Origin: Blasia pusilla
Taxonomy: Eukaryota
Length of the DNA: 64,000 nucleotides
Assembly (NCBI GenBank): GCA_050084515.1
Contig: CM114271.1
Coordinates: forward strand, 21,948,001 to 22,012,000
Direction: 5' to 3'
The notes beneath the pieces were generated by a model that searched no databases, was not told the DNA's origin, and saw only the letters and a list, made by a program, of their open reading frames with translations. The position numbers and the translations under genes are program-made. Below are positions 1 through 12,926 of the stretch, piece after piece; within the stretch, counting starts at the first letter, position 1; the number at the start of each line of letters is the position of its first letter.

Positions 1-2850
1 TTGCACTTCCATATGTTTGGTGCATGAATGAAATATTGGGTTTCTAGTCAGATAATGTGGAGCTTACGTTGTCTCCACAGATCATGATAGGTTCTTTAAG
101 GGCAAATCCTAATTCATAAAGGGGACCCTTTAGCCACATAGCTTTACAAGTGGCATGAGATAAACCTATGCACTCGGCATTTGTGTATGTCAAGGAGACA
201 ATGGTATGTTTCTTTGATGAGAAACTCACCGTTTCAATTCCAATGAGAAGTAACCTAATGTTGACCTACATGTACTACAACATTTGCTTAGTAAGCATCT
301 GAATATCCATATAATATCACATCATAGTGATTTATGTGGTAGTATGCTAGCCCGTAGGTCCTAGTCTGTTTAAGATTCTCACGATAGGTAAACTTTGATC
401 TCAAATTCATAATGAATATAATCGAACCCACTAATTGTTGGTATAATTGAACTCTACCTTCTCATCGTTATCATCGTGATAACGATGGTTCGGTTTGCAA
501 TTTCCTATGCCACATTTTTGTAGTAGATCGGAGATATGGCACACGTGAACTAGGTAGATAATCACGCTCCTCCTATGGATCTCCAAGCGTAAGCAAAACC
601 ACATGGCACTTAGATCTTTCATGCATTATCGATGCGATAATCCATGTTTGAATTAAGAAATCCCTTCTGCACCATCTCCTACAATGATAATGTCGTTGAC
701 GTAGAAAACGACTAGCACCACACCATGGGAGGATCTCTTGATGTATATATTTCCATCATTCTCACTCTTTTTGAAGTTGTGGCCTTATCATTGATCATCA
801 CACTTTGAAAGATTTAGTTCTACTCATAGTTTGCTTGCATCAACCCATAGAGGATCTTCTTGAGTTTACATACTAGATGCTTGTGATCCTAATCCCTCAA
901 TTGTATGAGGAATACTTCCTCTTGTATTGTAGCATTTAAAAATAAATTATGGACATCCATTTGAAGTAAGGGCTAGTCATGCATAGCAACCAAATATAGA
1001 ATCAAGTAGATGGTATTAGCCTTAGCTATGGATGCATAAGTTTCCTCACAATCAATTCAATGTCTTTGTTTGAAGCCCTTTGCTACCAATTCTGCCTTTC
1101 ACCACAATAATTTTTCATATACATAGTAATTTCATTTATAAAACCATTTTTTAGGAATGGAATTCCTATTGATGGGAAGTTTTACGAGCTCCCATGTCTC
1201 ATTTTCAATGATTGCTTCGTATTCTTTGAGCATGGCTTGGACTCATCTTGGATCATTTGCTACTTTTATGGAATTTCTCGGTTCATTTTCAACCAAAGAG
1301 ATTTGATCAATTGTGGTAAGTGCAAGAACCAGGCACAGTTTTCATAAAGGAAAGGTGGCGGTCCTTTTTCTCTAAAGGGTCGAGTTCTCAATGGTAGTGG
1401 TACTTGACACACATGTATGTTTGTAACCACTATAGGTGTAACCTTTGTCATAGAGAGATTTTTTTGGCCTCACAACTCGGTATTGGAGAACTTGAGTTAT
1501 TAGGATCTTCATAGTCCCATGGAGCTACAATTGGTGTACAACACTTGTCTCTTCATAATCATCCTCTTTTCTTATTGAATGTTGGGTCATAGAGTTTGTA
1601 CGTCCATGTAGTATCTCTGTATCCAATCAAAATACACCGCCGTGATTTATCATCAAGCTTGCATCTCCGAGCATCGAGTATGTGCACATAAGCAATGTTG
1701 CCAAAGATTCGCATATGTTGAACATTTGGTCTTTGCCTTGTGAGTGCCTCCTCTAGGGTCATTAATGACATCATTGAAAAAGATTATGTTGGGAATTTGT
1801 TCAACACATAAACAACAATGTTTATGGCTTCCATCCGGATTCCAAAAAGAGTTAGAAACATTCCTTCCCTTGACCATACATCTTGCCATCTCAACTACTG
1901 GCATATTTCTTCTCCCCTCCACTCCATTTGATTGAGGGCAATAAGTTGTTGTTAGTTGATGATTGATACCATTTCCAATGCAGATTGATTGGAATTCTTT
2001 GTCGGTAAATTCACCTTGATTTTTCCTAATGGCCATTAAGGTGGTCTCCGATCTAGTGATAAAAATATATGGAATCAATGTTGGTATCCTTTTGCTTTTG
2101 TGTTAGTTTAAGGAGCTTTCTCAAGTGAGAAGCCACTTACGATTTGTGGCATAAGAAAAACATATATCAAGAGTATCATATATCATAAGTAGTCATCTAC
2201 AATTAACATTAAGAATCTTGCTCCTCCATATTTAAAGGAACTTGAATAAGGCCTCCTAGATTCTTCTAGATTAATTTATCGCAATGGTGCATTGGATCTA
2301 GAAGATGTGACTTGAAGAAAATGATGCCAACCTCTTATGCAAGTTTGGCAGATGTCAAATTGTTCTTGTAGGAGTGGAAATCCAACCACTATGTCTTATA
2401 TTTTTTAGCTTTTTTCAAACTTCCAATATTCACATGGGCATGACCTCGTGTACTAGGTGGTGAAGGAGCCATGAACAACTAGTATTCATGGCATTAGTGA
2501 CCACAAGCTTGAAGAATCTTCCAAACCTTCCCAATGACAAATTTGTGTATGAGTGTTACTCATCGTGCAACCACTTTTGTTGAGGGTCATTTCGATGCCC
2601 TTCATCTCTATGATTTGACTAATGGAACGAATGGTGTGCTTTAGCCAAGGGATGTGTCAGATATCATAAATAGTTGTGGTGGCTCCATTTGGTAAGGGGA
2701 TCTTCAATGTCCCTTCGCCTTCGATTGGGCAAATTTCCTCGTTACAAACTTTGACCTCACATCTATCTGTGACTTTTTGGTAAGTGGTGAACCAATCTTT
2801 GTGTCTGATGACTTGATTGCTAGGACGAATATCAAAGTACGTCATGGAGT
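1..2850 (-). mobile_element. Degenerate Ty1/copia internal region (protease, integrase, RT, RNase H), running off the left edge
   Basis: Minus-strand fragments in copia order: protease-like YFDIRPSNQV (2657-2845); integrase QGEFTDKEF...PQSNGVEGRRNM...MARCM and KLDDKSRRCILIGY (1559-2078); RT region (~300-1260); RNase H SSKKHTIVSL...AECIGL...CGDN (44-229). Many stops and frameshifts. Confidence 0.88.
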
Positions 2851-3289
2851 TTGTCCTCTACTTCACCTAGCTTCACCTTGAAGTATTCTTGACCTTGAGC
2901 TTTGCAACCGGAAGACTTAGATTGAATCCCAAAGACTCAACTAGTTTTGCCTTTCGTAGGTAGCCTCTAAGCGCCAATTGGATCAAGTCTCCCCCAGTGC
3001 GTACCATCTTCCCCAAGTCTCGACCAATCTACCCAAGTTGCTCGCCTAAACAAGAGCATGTCAATTAATTCCTCAAAGTGTGTCCCTTAACTCAAACTAC
3101 CCTTGAGTAGGTAGAGAGAGAGAGTATCCGCCCCCTATAGATACTTCAAGAGTTCTCTAAGGGAACCCCACCATCCCCATTGTCCCCCTTGCAACCTTTA
3201 TTTTGGCCCTCAATCCAATTGAGTATGCATGAGCAACCAATGCATCATTTGAGGCAATGTAGCATCATCGATTATCTGTTGAGATTAAT

Positions 3290-3545
3290 GTTAATAACTT
3301 AGGACCTATTGTAATATATGCAAAAAAAATTAGTATCATCAAACTTGCTAATAACCCTGTGTTTCACGCTCAAACAAAACATGTCTAGGTGCACTACCAC
3401 TTTATCGAAGAGAAAGTGCTTGCAAGGGAAATTGATCTTGTACATATACGTACAAATCAACAAATTGATGATATCTTTACAAAGACATTCCATAGAGATG
3501 AGTTTGAGATATTTAGAAAATAGTTCGATGTTAGAGATCTTGTGG
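3290..3545 (+). mobile_element. Ty1/copia RNase H C-terminal fragment in the opposite orientation
   Basis: Manual translation: IIKLANNPVFHAQTKHV*VHYHFIEEKV...IDLVHIRTNQQIDDIFTK, the typical copia RNase H end. Confidence 0.75.
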
Positions 3546-3995
3546 CTAGCCTTAGGTGGGAAAGGGGTGGATCTACTTGTAGAGACAAACGTAAGGCAAG
3601 CAAGGTTTGAGAACTTGGAGCCAAGTGCTAAGTCAAGATCTAGAATTAAGCAAGACATAAGTAGTCAAGAGGGGCAAGATGTCATAAGACTAGTCAGGAA
3701 ACACAAAGGGTGGCAAAACAACCATGAGACGCTAAACTTGAAGATAAAGCAACATTAGGTTACTTCTTTGAAGCCCAACTTATAACTGCGCTTCCCAAGA
3801 TGAAGGAATAACCAAATGTAAAGTATCCATCAAACACACTTCTTACCCAACCAGCATTTGTGAATCTCTATAGTTGTAAATATTAAAGAAGGTTGAAATT
3901 GAAGCCCAAACTAAATAGAGAATTTCACATATCGCATAGTCGTCTTCATAGCATCAAGATGAGGTTTCTAAGATGCTTGTATGAATTGGCTCACT

Positions 3996-4308
3996 CATAT
4001 GGACATATATAGACAATTATGGATGTGTCCATGGACATAGATTGCAAGAGATAGGGCCCACACTTATAGCTCATGGTGGAAGGAAAGATAGGGGCAAGAG
4101 GGCCAAGTAGGGGTGAGGGAGTGGAGGTGTAGGAAGGAAGAAACGGGAAAGTGCGAAACATAGAGGCAAGTGGGGGGATGAGAAAGAAGGGGAAGATGGA
4201 CCCCACATAGACAAGTCTAGAGACAAGTTCTTCCATATAAAAGACAAACGTAAGTCTATGGACGTGAATATGTCTATGGACACGGACTCAATCCACATAC
4301 AAGCTTTG
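3996..4308 (+). mobile_element. MITE family copy 1 (left end truncated), inserted in copia RT
   Basis: Similar along its length to 4935-5214 and to the reverse complement of 33774-34085 (shared gattgcaa, ggagtggaggtg, gacaagtc and tccacatacaa blocks). Confidence 0.65.
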
Positions 4309-4934
4309 GGTCATTAGGCCAAATGCGTAGCTTAAGTCTGGCCTAGTTCTAGTTAGATAGATCAAACTTCCAACCATACGTTTGTACATATTAAAATCTA
4401 CGAGAAACTCTCAATAATCCATCCTTAGCTTCACACTTTGATCCAATAGTGCAGAGATTGGCTTAAAAGCCGTCAAACCATATTTTTAAAGCATGTGAGG
4501 AGCATAGCGTCGTTATGATAACCACATGCTCTCTCTAACCCTAATAAAGTCAACACCAAGGAAGTACTTGAGTTATCCTAAGTTCTTCTTATCAAATTCA
4601 GCTTGTAACTTTAGCTTGACTTCTTGTACCATATCCTCAATACTCCTAGTAATCATATGATCGTCAACATACAACACAATGATAAACTGTATGGTCTTGT
4701 CGTCTCAAGACATATAGCAAGGAATCAGAATCGAAACCCTAAAGCCAAGCTCTTGTAGAAAATATGTAATCTTGTCATACCAAACTCTTGGAGCTTGTTT
4801 AAGCCTGTATAGAGCTTTCTTCAAGTTGCATACGCCGAATGGAAACTCTGGATGCTCATATCCAGATGGTTAATCCATTATACCTCTTGATGCAAATTTC
4901 CTTCCAAGAAGGAATTCTTCATGTCCATCTAATG

Positions 4935-5214
4935 CATGGTTGCAAGAAATTCGACCAGTCCCTCCTTAGGACACACAAGTTCGGACATGTGCACGGGCAT
5001 GGATTGCAACAGGTGAGATCTAGACTTATAATGGAAGGTAGAGAAGGGCGAGTGGGAAAATAAGGGGGGAGGGAGTAGAGGTGGAGGGAGGAAGAAACGT
5101 GAAACAAAGGAACATGAAGACAAGTTGAGAGAATGAGAAATAAGGGGAAGGTGGAATCCATATGGACAAGTCTTTTCATACAACGCACACAAACTTTGTC
5201 CACATACAACCTTA
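4935..5214 (+). mobile_element. hAT-type MITE copy 2
   Basis: Ends CATGGTTGCA...TACAACCTTA (imperfect TIR). Imperfect 8-bp TSD ATCTAATG (4927-4934) / ATATGATG (5215-5222). Removing it rejoins the copia RT motif WRLH*MDMKNSFL. Confidence 0.75.
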
Positions 5215-7698
5215 ATATGATGCAGTCTCCACTTCTTACTCACAAAACTACAACAACAATTTTTCTCATAGTCGTCATCTTTACAATATGGTTAAATGTC
5301 TTCTCATAATCAATGTCATATTGTTGTGCATAGCCCTTAGCTACCAGTATGGCTTTGCGTCTATTCACTATACCATCTTGATTGCACTTGACTTTGTAAA
5401 CCCATGTGCAACTAATCGCTTCCTTCCCGAAAGGTGTATCAATGAGGTCCCAAGTCTGTTGATGTCTTAACATACGAAGCTCTTCCTCCATAGCTTCAAT
5501 CTATTCAATCTTACATATAACTTCTTCAAAGTAACTCGATTTCTATTCTTGAAGGAAATTCATCATATATACATAATTTTTTGCCAGGATTTTTTCATTC
5601 ATGAATCTATGAACATAATGTATGCCTTTACTTGATCTACGAAGTTTTTATTGAGAGATGGATGTCTCTAACATCTAACTTGAGCTCTAACTATTGTCAA
5701 TATATTGGATACGTAGTCTTCTCGACCATGGATTGACACATTTAACTAATATGTCTAGGACCTCTCCTAGCCCTTGTACTTGGAAAATTTGTAGGCAATT
5801 CCTCTTGGTTTAAAATCATATTCTCCCCCTTGATAGACAAGGTCGGAGGTGGAATAGCCTTAGATAGAGTATATCATGACTTCAGCTTATAAAAAATAAT
5901 ATTACAACTAATAATAAGCTATCTAGAGGATATAATATAGCACTTACACGGTTATATCCCTTAGTTTCATCACCGTAGCCAATGAAGATATATCTCTCAT
6001 ATTTGAGATCTAATTTCTAATGTCTTTCAGAAGGAACATGAGTATGAAAAATATAGCCAAAAACTCTTACTTCCTATGAAGACTTTGAATGGAATCTTGT
6101 CTTGAACTCATGTAGTTAGATTTTAGTTGATTAAGAAGACTGCACTTGCTATAGTCTCTATTCTATACACCTTACACATGTTCTTCTCATTCACTCCCGT
6201 TGTCGCTTGCGGCACTAACACAATGCCGCCTCAACAATATGTCCATTCTTTGGCTTAGCCAATCCACTTGTTGTGGAATATAACATCAAGCGACTCATTG
6301 TTGGATGTCATTTTCACGTAAGTAGCCATCAAACTTTGTTGAAAGGAACTCTCCTCCTCCATCACAATGCAATTTGAGAATGTATTGCCTAGCTTGCTTC
6401 TCTACTAAAAATTTGACTCTATGAAATACTGAGAATACTTCTAACTTGGCTTTCTGAAAGTAAACCCATATATAGATAGAGAAATTATCAATAAATGAAA
6501 CAAAGTATTGGAAACCACTAAGTCTATATTGTGATGTTTTCCACATATCATTGAGAATAAACTCCAATATCTTGGATGCTCTTCTTTCTTATTTTGGAAA
6601 TAGAAATCTAGCTTGTTTTCCAAATTGGAAAAAAGAGCATATCTTTTACGTAGTAGGACTTGATAATTTAGAAAGTCCTATTATTGGATTAGATGATTAA
6701 AGACTCTATGGCCAATTTTCTTATGCCACACATTGAGATCTATAACTTATTGGTCAATTTGATCATACATTGTTGTATGAATTTTTCATTAAAAACAACT
6801 AATTTAAATATTCTGCCATATCTTGTTCCTTTGGCAATCATAGTCTAGTCATCCATTGTTTCAGTAAACCAATCATTTATATTATACTTCACTTGATAAT
6901 CCTATTCTACTCATTGTCTTGAAAAGATCAAATTTCTTGCAATGGTAGGGATATAGAAAATATTTCCAAGAGCACAAATATCATCTAATCTTATTGGAAC
7001 TTTATTGGTATACGTAATATGATTTTGACTATCATCTCTTATAAGCATTATTGCAGGATGCTTCACATGCTCCATACTATTAAACCATTTAGCTTATGAG
7101 GTCATGTGATTTGATGCACCAAAGTCGATATGTCAATTTATTATTGAGTCTCTTTTTACCATTGATCCCATATAATGAGTCATGACCAGAAGATGCTTAA
7201 TTTGTGACAAATGTTGCTCTTGATATTGCATTTAGTGTTGTTGCTCAACATATTTTTTTGTTATTATAAGGCTTCCATTTTCATATATGCCTTCTTCTTT
7301 AAGCAAAACTTTATAGAGTAACCCTTCATCCCACAATAATTAGAAGATGCAATGACACCCCGTTGCTAACATCGACCCCAACTGTCTCTACTCTGACCAT
7401 CTTATGATTGTGTCTATCATTGGTTCACATTTGACTAATGAAGTTATGTTGAGTGTCTCTTCCTCTATACGCTTGATATCCACCACGATCTCTATCTCTA
7501 TTTGATCAATTACCTGCAAATACCCCACTCTCTTATAAACTAGGTGAGCTACTACTGCCGATTAAGCGTATCTCCTCACTAATGAATAGTAAGATTAACC
7601 CTTGAAAGATTGGATATTTTTCTCTTATATAGATACAATCTCAAAAGACTTGTAATCTTTTGGAAGGCCTTGAAGAGTGAACAAAATTATATCATCAT

Positions 7699-8183
7699 TT
7701 TCATATTTGAATAGCCGATAGGCCGAGATCTATCGTGGATAGGGCGTAGGAGCCAGCGGACTATCTTGAGTGTAATTTTCTCCCATGGTGTCGGATGAGG
7801 TTGAGGATAGGTCCATTGTGTCAGGAACGTCGTTTCTGACAACTTTCATGTTGAGGTCTTTTACAACAGGATGACTTGTTGACCAGGTCACCCGCCCCTG
7901 GTAACCTGTGCGCGGAGGTTACCAAGGGTAGGGCTATTTTTAGGGGAAGAGCCTTTTGGCTCTTCCCAACCCTATATAAGAGAGGAAGATGGCTTTCCTA
8001 AGCCATCTTTCTCATGTTGGGCCATTGGAGCACCTCCCTTGTATGTGTGTGAGATAGGACTAGGGTGCTAGCGTCCGGATTCATTGATAGCACAGGGTGG
8101 ACAAGGCTCGATATGCCGATGTAGATTGAGGAGTGGAGTTTTAGGCCGGGTTTGCCGTTTTTACTACTCTTTATTTTTACATG
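7699..8183 (+). repeat. 5' LTR (3'-truncated) of the methyltransferase-carrying gypsy element
   Basis: Aligns with 18054-~18560 (e.g. gtccattg..tcaggaac.tcgtttctga, ttttggctcttcccaa, catctttctcatgttggg, actagggtgctag). TATA-like CTATATAAG at ~7972. Confidence 0.75.
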
Positions 8184-8628
8184 AGAAAGATGTCAAGGGG
8201 CTGGTGGGAATTCGTTGTTTGTAGGTAGGCGAGCGAGTTGCCTTGGTCAGGAGCCCGTGGAGACGTTGGTTGACGTCGTATTTGTCATTTTTTTTGTTCG
8301 GAAGGCCGTGGGCGGAAGGGCTATTCGTTTTTCTCAGATTTTGTTGGTGCACCGGGATTGGGGACAACGGCAAAGTGTAGTACGGAGTGGGCATCGGGTG
8401 TACGCAAGTGAGGGTGTCGAGAGAGAGAAGAAAAGAGAGTTAGGGCTTGCAGCCGCCGGGGGCGCTGACAGGCGTGTAGGTCGGCGGGCGCGGACAGACG
8501 GCGGTGGACGTGCGGCGACAAGAGCTGAAAGCGGCGGACGGGCGGCGATAGGAGCTGACGGGAGGCGGACGGGTGGCAATAGGAGTTGACGGGCGGCGAC
8601 GGGAGCTAACGGGCGCGGACACGCGGCG

Positions 8629-8753
8629 ACGGACGAGGTCAGTCCGGCGAACGTGGTAGGACGGACGAGGTCGGTCCGGCCAACGTGGTAGGATGGACGA
8701 GGTCGGTCCGGCCAACGTGGTAGGACGGACGAGGTCGGTCCGGCGAATGTGGT
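8629..8753 (+). repeat. 32-bp GC-rich tandem repeat, about 4 copies, in the gypsy 5' leader
   Basis: Unit ACGGACGAGGTCGGTCCGGCCAACGTGGTAGG with few substitutions. Confidence 0.9.
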
Positions 8754-9632
8754 TGTGCATGGGCAACGTGGTGGCAGGGAGGATGTCGACGTGGTGAGTG
8801 ACCGACATAGTTGGACAGCGGACGTGGATGATGTTGAGCTACGTGATTGAGAGTGCGGATGTGGTCGGGCAAGGCCGGATGTGGTCGGGGTCATGTTTAC
8901 GTGGACAGACAGGGCATACCTGGTAGGAGTGGATCCGACGTGGGTGAGTTTGGTTGCGCAGTGGAGAGTTTTGCGGGCCTTAGTGTCTCGCGAGCTTGGA
9001 TGGGATTCGTGAGAGCACTTTGTCGGTCGTTACGAGTAGGTTGGAGGACGACTCATTAGTTCTTGAGCGACTGGAAATTACGAGGGTTGTGATGGGGATA
9101 CACGAACCTACACTGACGGGAAGTTTGACGTGTTGGTCGAGGAGAGTGTTGTGTTGCGGAGATTGTCATATCACGTGGAGGAGTGCATGTTGACGGTGCA
9201 GCAGGTTGGAGGGCGTGATCAGGTTATCCATTCGAGTCCCTTTTCCCGCACTTGTCGTGTGTGATTGAGAGTGTTGGGTATCGGGTAGTAGCTGGTGCTA
9301 GGTGGGTGCAGTAATGGTGACGAGTGTAGAATCTTTTCATGTGTAGCATGTTAATGGATATACGGCGGTTGCCGAGTAGGGGTCGCGTGTATGACCCGAG
9401 AGAGTGTCGCTAGGTTAGGTGAGTCAGTTGGGAGGCTCATGGTGAGACCGAGTGTTGAGTGTGCATGAGGCCGGGTATGTCATCACGGGATTGATGTTAG
9501 CATAGGTGAGGTAGTGAGGAATGTGGGAGACTCGCGATGGGTGGGAGTGCTTGAGCGGGTGAGACAGAGTTTGTCATCACGGCGTTCTTCCAGGGTTCGG
9601 AAGAACGGGGTAGTGCGAGCACTAGTAGTGGT

Positions 9633-11667
9633 GTGACACGGAGTGGAGTGAGATACCGAGGGGTTACCAGTGAGGAGCTACCTCGACATCCATCCATGGC
9701 AAGATCATTGGACACTGGGTCTGGTGACGAGATCGCAGACAGAGAGAGTAGTACTTGGCAGGAGATGGACGACATGGGCCATCGGGGCATGCATCATTTC
9801 TCGGATGCAGTGGGCACCATCGACTTAGATGATTTTATCCATGAGTTCGACACATGGTGCAACTTCCAAGAGATACGAACCCTAACACAGTTCAACCCTT
9901 TCATGGCATGGAAGGGGTTGTTCCAGCACTTGGACGGTCCTCCGATGGATGACTACATGGAGTTTCGATCACTATATTCAGTAGAGATCGATGCCTGGAG
10001 GATGTATTGGGCTCCAGGGTATGTGTCCACTAGTGGTCGCAAGGCATATGATGGGATTGTGAGAGGAGAGAGACCCACACCATCAGCCCAAGGATTAGAT
10101 GGAGAGGAGGGCAGTGAGACAGGCGATGTGGCAGAGACCTTTGGTGGTAGAGGGCCACCCAGCTTTAGCCCCACAGTGGAGTTCTTCCGACATTTGGGGA
10201 AGAGCTACCAGGGCGTACGCACCGACAAGCTGAAGAGTCTACAGGATTTTCAGCGACGATCGGGTGAGAGTCTGAAAGAGGCATTCACACGCATGAGGAG
10301 GCTGATCATTGCTACGTTTGGAGGATCGAGGCGGATCGGCCCAAAGTATTGGTACGGGGTTCTGGACCGAGAACTACGGAGGAGAGTCCAAGATGTGGTG
10401 CTGATTCACACAGCGAAGCCCACATTGAAGGTGGTCTTTGAGTTGTCTAAGGGTATTGAGCTCAACATGAGTGAGGAGCATGTAGTGACCGTTGGATTTT
10501 CTCAAGAGTCGACGGGTCCACGAGCGACGCTGACCCCACAAGTGCCACAGCGAGCACCAATACCACGAGAGCGGGCCAATGTGCCTAGAGAGCAGGGCGG
10601 GTACCGTGAGCCTATGAGGCAACGACCCGTACCTACATATGTTGCCCAGCAGGGACCGATGTGGTCTTGTTGGACGTGTGGAGGGGCCCATAGGCAGAGA
10701 GACTGTCCAAAGCATGGGAGAGGACCACCAGTGCCTCTGATTGCTCAAGAGCCACAGAGGATGGCCCCACCACACCACCAATGTGACCATTGCCACAGAT
10801 ATGGTCACACTAGGGATAGATGTGTTGACTTTCGCCGAGGGGCACGTCCAGAGGTAGGCCGAGGGCCTGGGGGCGGTCGTCCTAGAGGAGGTCGGGGAGT
10901 TCTTCTTGGAGGTGGTGGTAGAGGACTACCACCAACCAGAGGAGATGGAGCAGGAGCACCAGAGCCGGCACTTCTCTCACGCATCGATCACTTGGAGCAG
11001 AGGATTGCTGCCATGACGATGATGCAGCTTAGGGAAGGCACGAAGCTGCAAGCGGCTAGTGTGACTCCAGCTTCTACCTCTTACCCTGACCCGGGTGAGG
11101 ATCTTGCCAATATGGGATTTATGTGTAGTGCAGCCCAGGTTGAGGCAGCTGCAGTGGTGACTCAGGGTGCTGCGAGAGGCACCAAGCCATCGAGAGGCAC
11201 CGAGCCATCGAGAGGCACCGAGACATCGAGAGGCACCGAGCCATCGAGAGGCACCGAGCCATCGAGAGGTGGAGTTGAGATTGACCCACCAGAGGGGACC
11301 GATGGGCGGGAGGCGAGGGTTCCACAGTCGTTCACATTGTTGGAGGCACTACACACACCATCGATGGTGCCTCAACGACCAGCGTTGCCTACAGCTCAGG
11401 CACCTACATCCACATCACGAGGAGTTGGAGTGACAACTCCTATGCCGGCTCGAGTGGAGTTAGTGTCGACCATAGTGTTGGAGGTGGCCACCAGAGTGAG
11501 TCAGACTCCACTATTTTCCGCCATAGAGTTGGCAACGTTGGGAGTTGGACCAGCTGAGGTGTTTCGGTTGGCCGCCACGTTGTGTGAGCATGGAGAGATG
11601 ACTGCTTCTTGTTCAGAGGTAGTTGAGAAGGTGGTGGACTTGCCCTCAGAGCCGGTGCTCGAGACGT
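9633..11667 (+). CDS. Gypsy Gag-like protein with two CCHC zinc knuckles; ORF cut by the solo-LTR insertion
   Basis: 695-aa ORF: LDDFIHEF..., FQRRSGESLKEAFTRM (gag capsid-like), CWTCGGAHRQRDC and CDHCHRYGHTRDRC knuckles, RGG-rich tract. The last ~17 aa read into the inserted LTR. The true start is probably a later ATG (9696 or later). Confidence 0.8.
11173..11269 (+). repeat. 18-bp in-frame tandem repeat (GTEPSR x5) in gag
   Basis: Unit CCATCGAGAGGCACCGAG repeated. Confidence 0.9.
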
Positions 11668-12925
11668 TGTCGTATAGTAAAATCAACCAGTGTGTAAACT
11701 CCTTCGTCATTAAGTGTTAGATAGAGTTTCATTAGTATTAAGTAAATTGGCTTAGAAAAAGGAGATTCTTATGTTTAAACCTCTTTATGGTGCCTCTTTT
11801 ATGCGGGCCCAACTTTAGGAAAAGGAGGTAATAAATAAAAGATGACTTTATAAAAGTAAAGTAGTTGCTTTAATGAAAAGGAAAAGTAGTCTTGGTTGAT
11901 GGCTAGGTTAGTTGGGGTAATTTGGAAAATATCATGTGGGTAAAAGAGGATATTTTGGAAGAGATAAGAGGAAATCTACTTGTGTCAAAATGTGATTGGC
12001 TAAGCCTTGAGAGGAAGCCATGTGGCACAAGATAAGATAAGCTCTATTTCATACTCTTGTGGATCCCTTGTGAGTATATAAAGAGGAGGAACCTTCAAGG
12101 GTTCATCACCTTCTATTCCACATCTTGAGTCTCTCGTGTCTCTCTTGAGTGTATGGCTTTGGGATTGCTTGCTCTTCCAATGAGAGTGGATCACCCCTCT
12201 TGGGAGAGTAACTTGATCATGGTCTATTCTTCGAGAGGTTTCTAGAGTGTGGTGTGTGTGTGTGGGAGGGATGAGAGGTTTGTCACCGTAGAGGAGTTTA
12301 GTCATACTAAAATAGCGGATGTTTTGGCTTGTTACTTTCCCAATGAGAGTGGATTACCCCTCTTGGGAGAATAACTCCGCCAAAACCCATTCTTGAGGAG
12401 AGTAGAGAATGTCTGTCAAGCATTGATAGGGGTGGAGCACGAGCTGTGCCCGACTTTCCTTTCCTCAATCCTTACCATGTCAAGTTACTCTTTGTAGATA
12501 GGCACTGGTTCACTCGCTACTTAGTTTATCACTTTGGAGAGGCGTTCATGAACCAAGTCATGCAATCTCCAACTCCGGTGATTCTTCCTATCGTCACATA
12601 TGGAAGGACATGGGATTGTACTTTGTATGTCCTTATATAGCGATCCATGGATGTCAATAGGCCTGGTCAAGTAGGGTTTAACACTAGTTGTGCTATCTTC
12701 CTCGTGTACAAACGTAAAATAGTTTATAGGGATTTTATAGTTAGGAATTTTGGGGTCCGATGTTACGAAGAAGTGATCGCCTCGGCACTTCCATTTGTGA
12801 TACCTGTCGTGAGAGAATGGAGAGTGTACATCATAATTTTGTATTGAAAAAGGAGAACTTATTAGAGAGTTCACTTTGCATCGACCGCATCTACCGCAGC
12901 TAGAAGAAAGATTCTCGACACGACA
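11668..12925 (+). mobile_element. Solo LTR (~1.26 kb) inserted in the gypsy element
   Basis: Ends TGTCGT...ACGACA, perfect 4-bp TSD ACGT (11664-11667 and 12926-12929). AT-rich and non-coding, TATA-like GTATATAAAG at ~12074, internal ~36-bp duplication (~12178 and ~12341). Orientation is inferred from the TATA box. Confidence 0.8.
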
Positions 12926-12926
12926 A

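Noticed and set aside
8629-8753. CRISPR-like array of 32-bp repeats
   Set aside because: Direct tandem units with no spacers, in a eukaryotic retroelement.
8164-9193. Several overlapping ORFs of 65-186 aa
   Set aside because: By-products of the GC-rich, repetitive retrotransposon leader; no recognisable domains.
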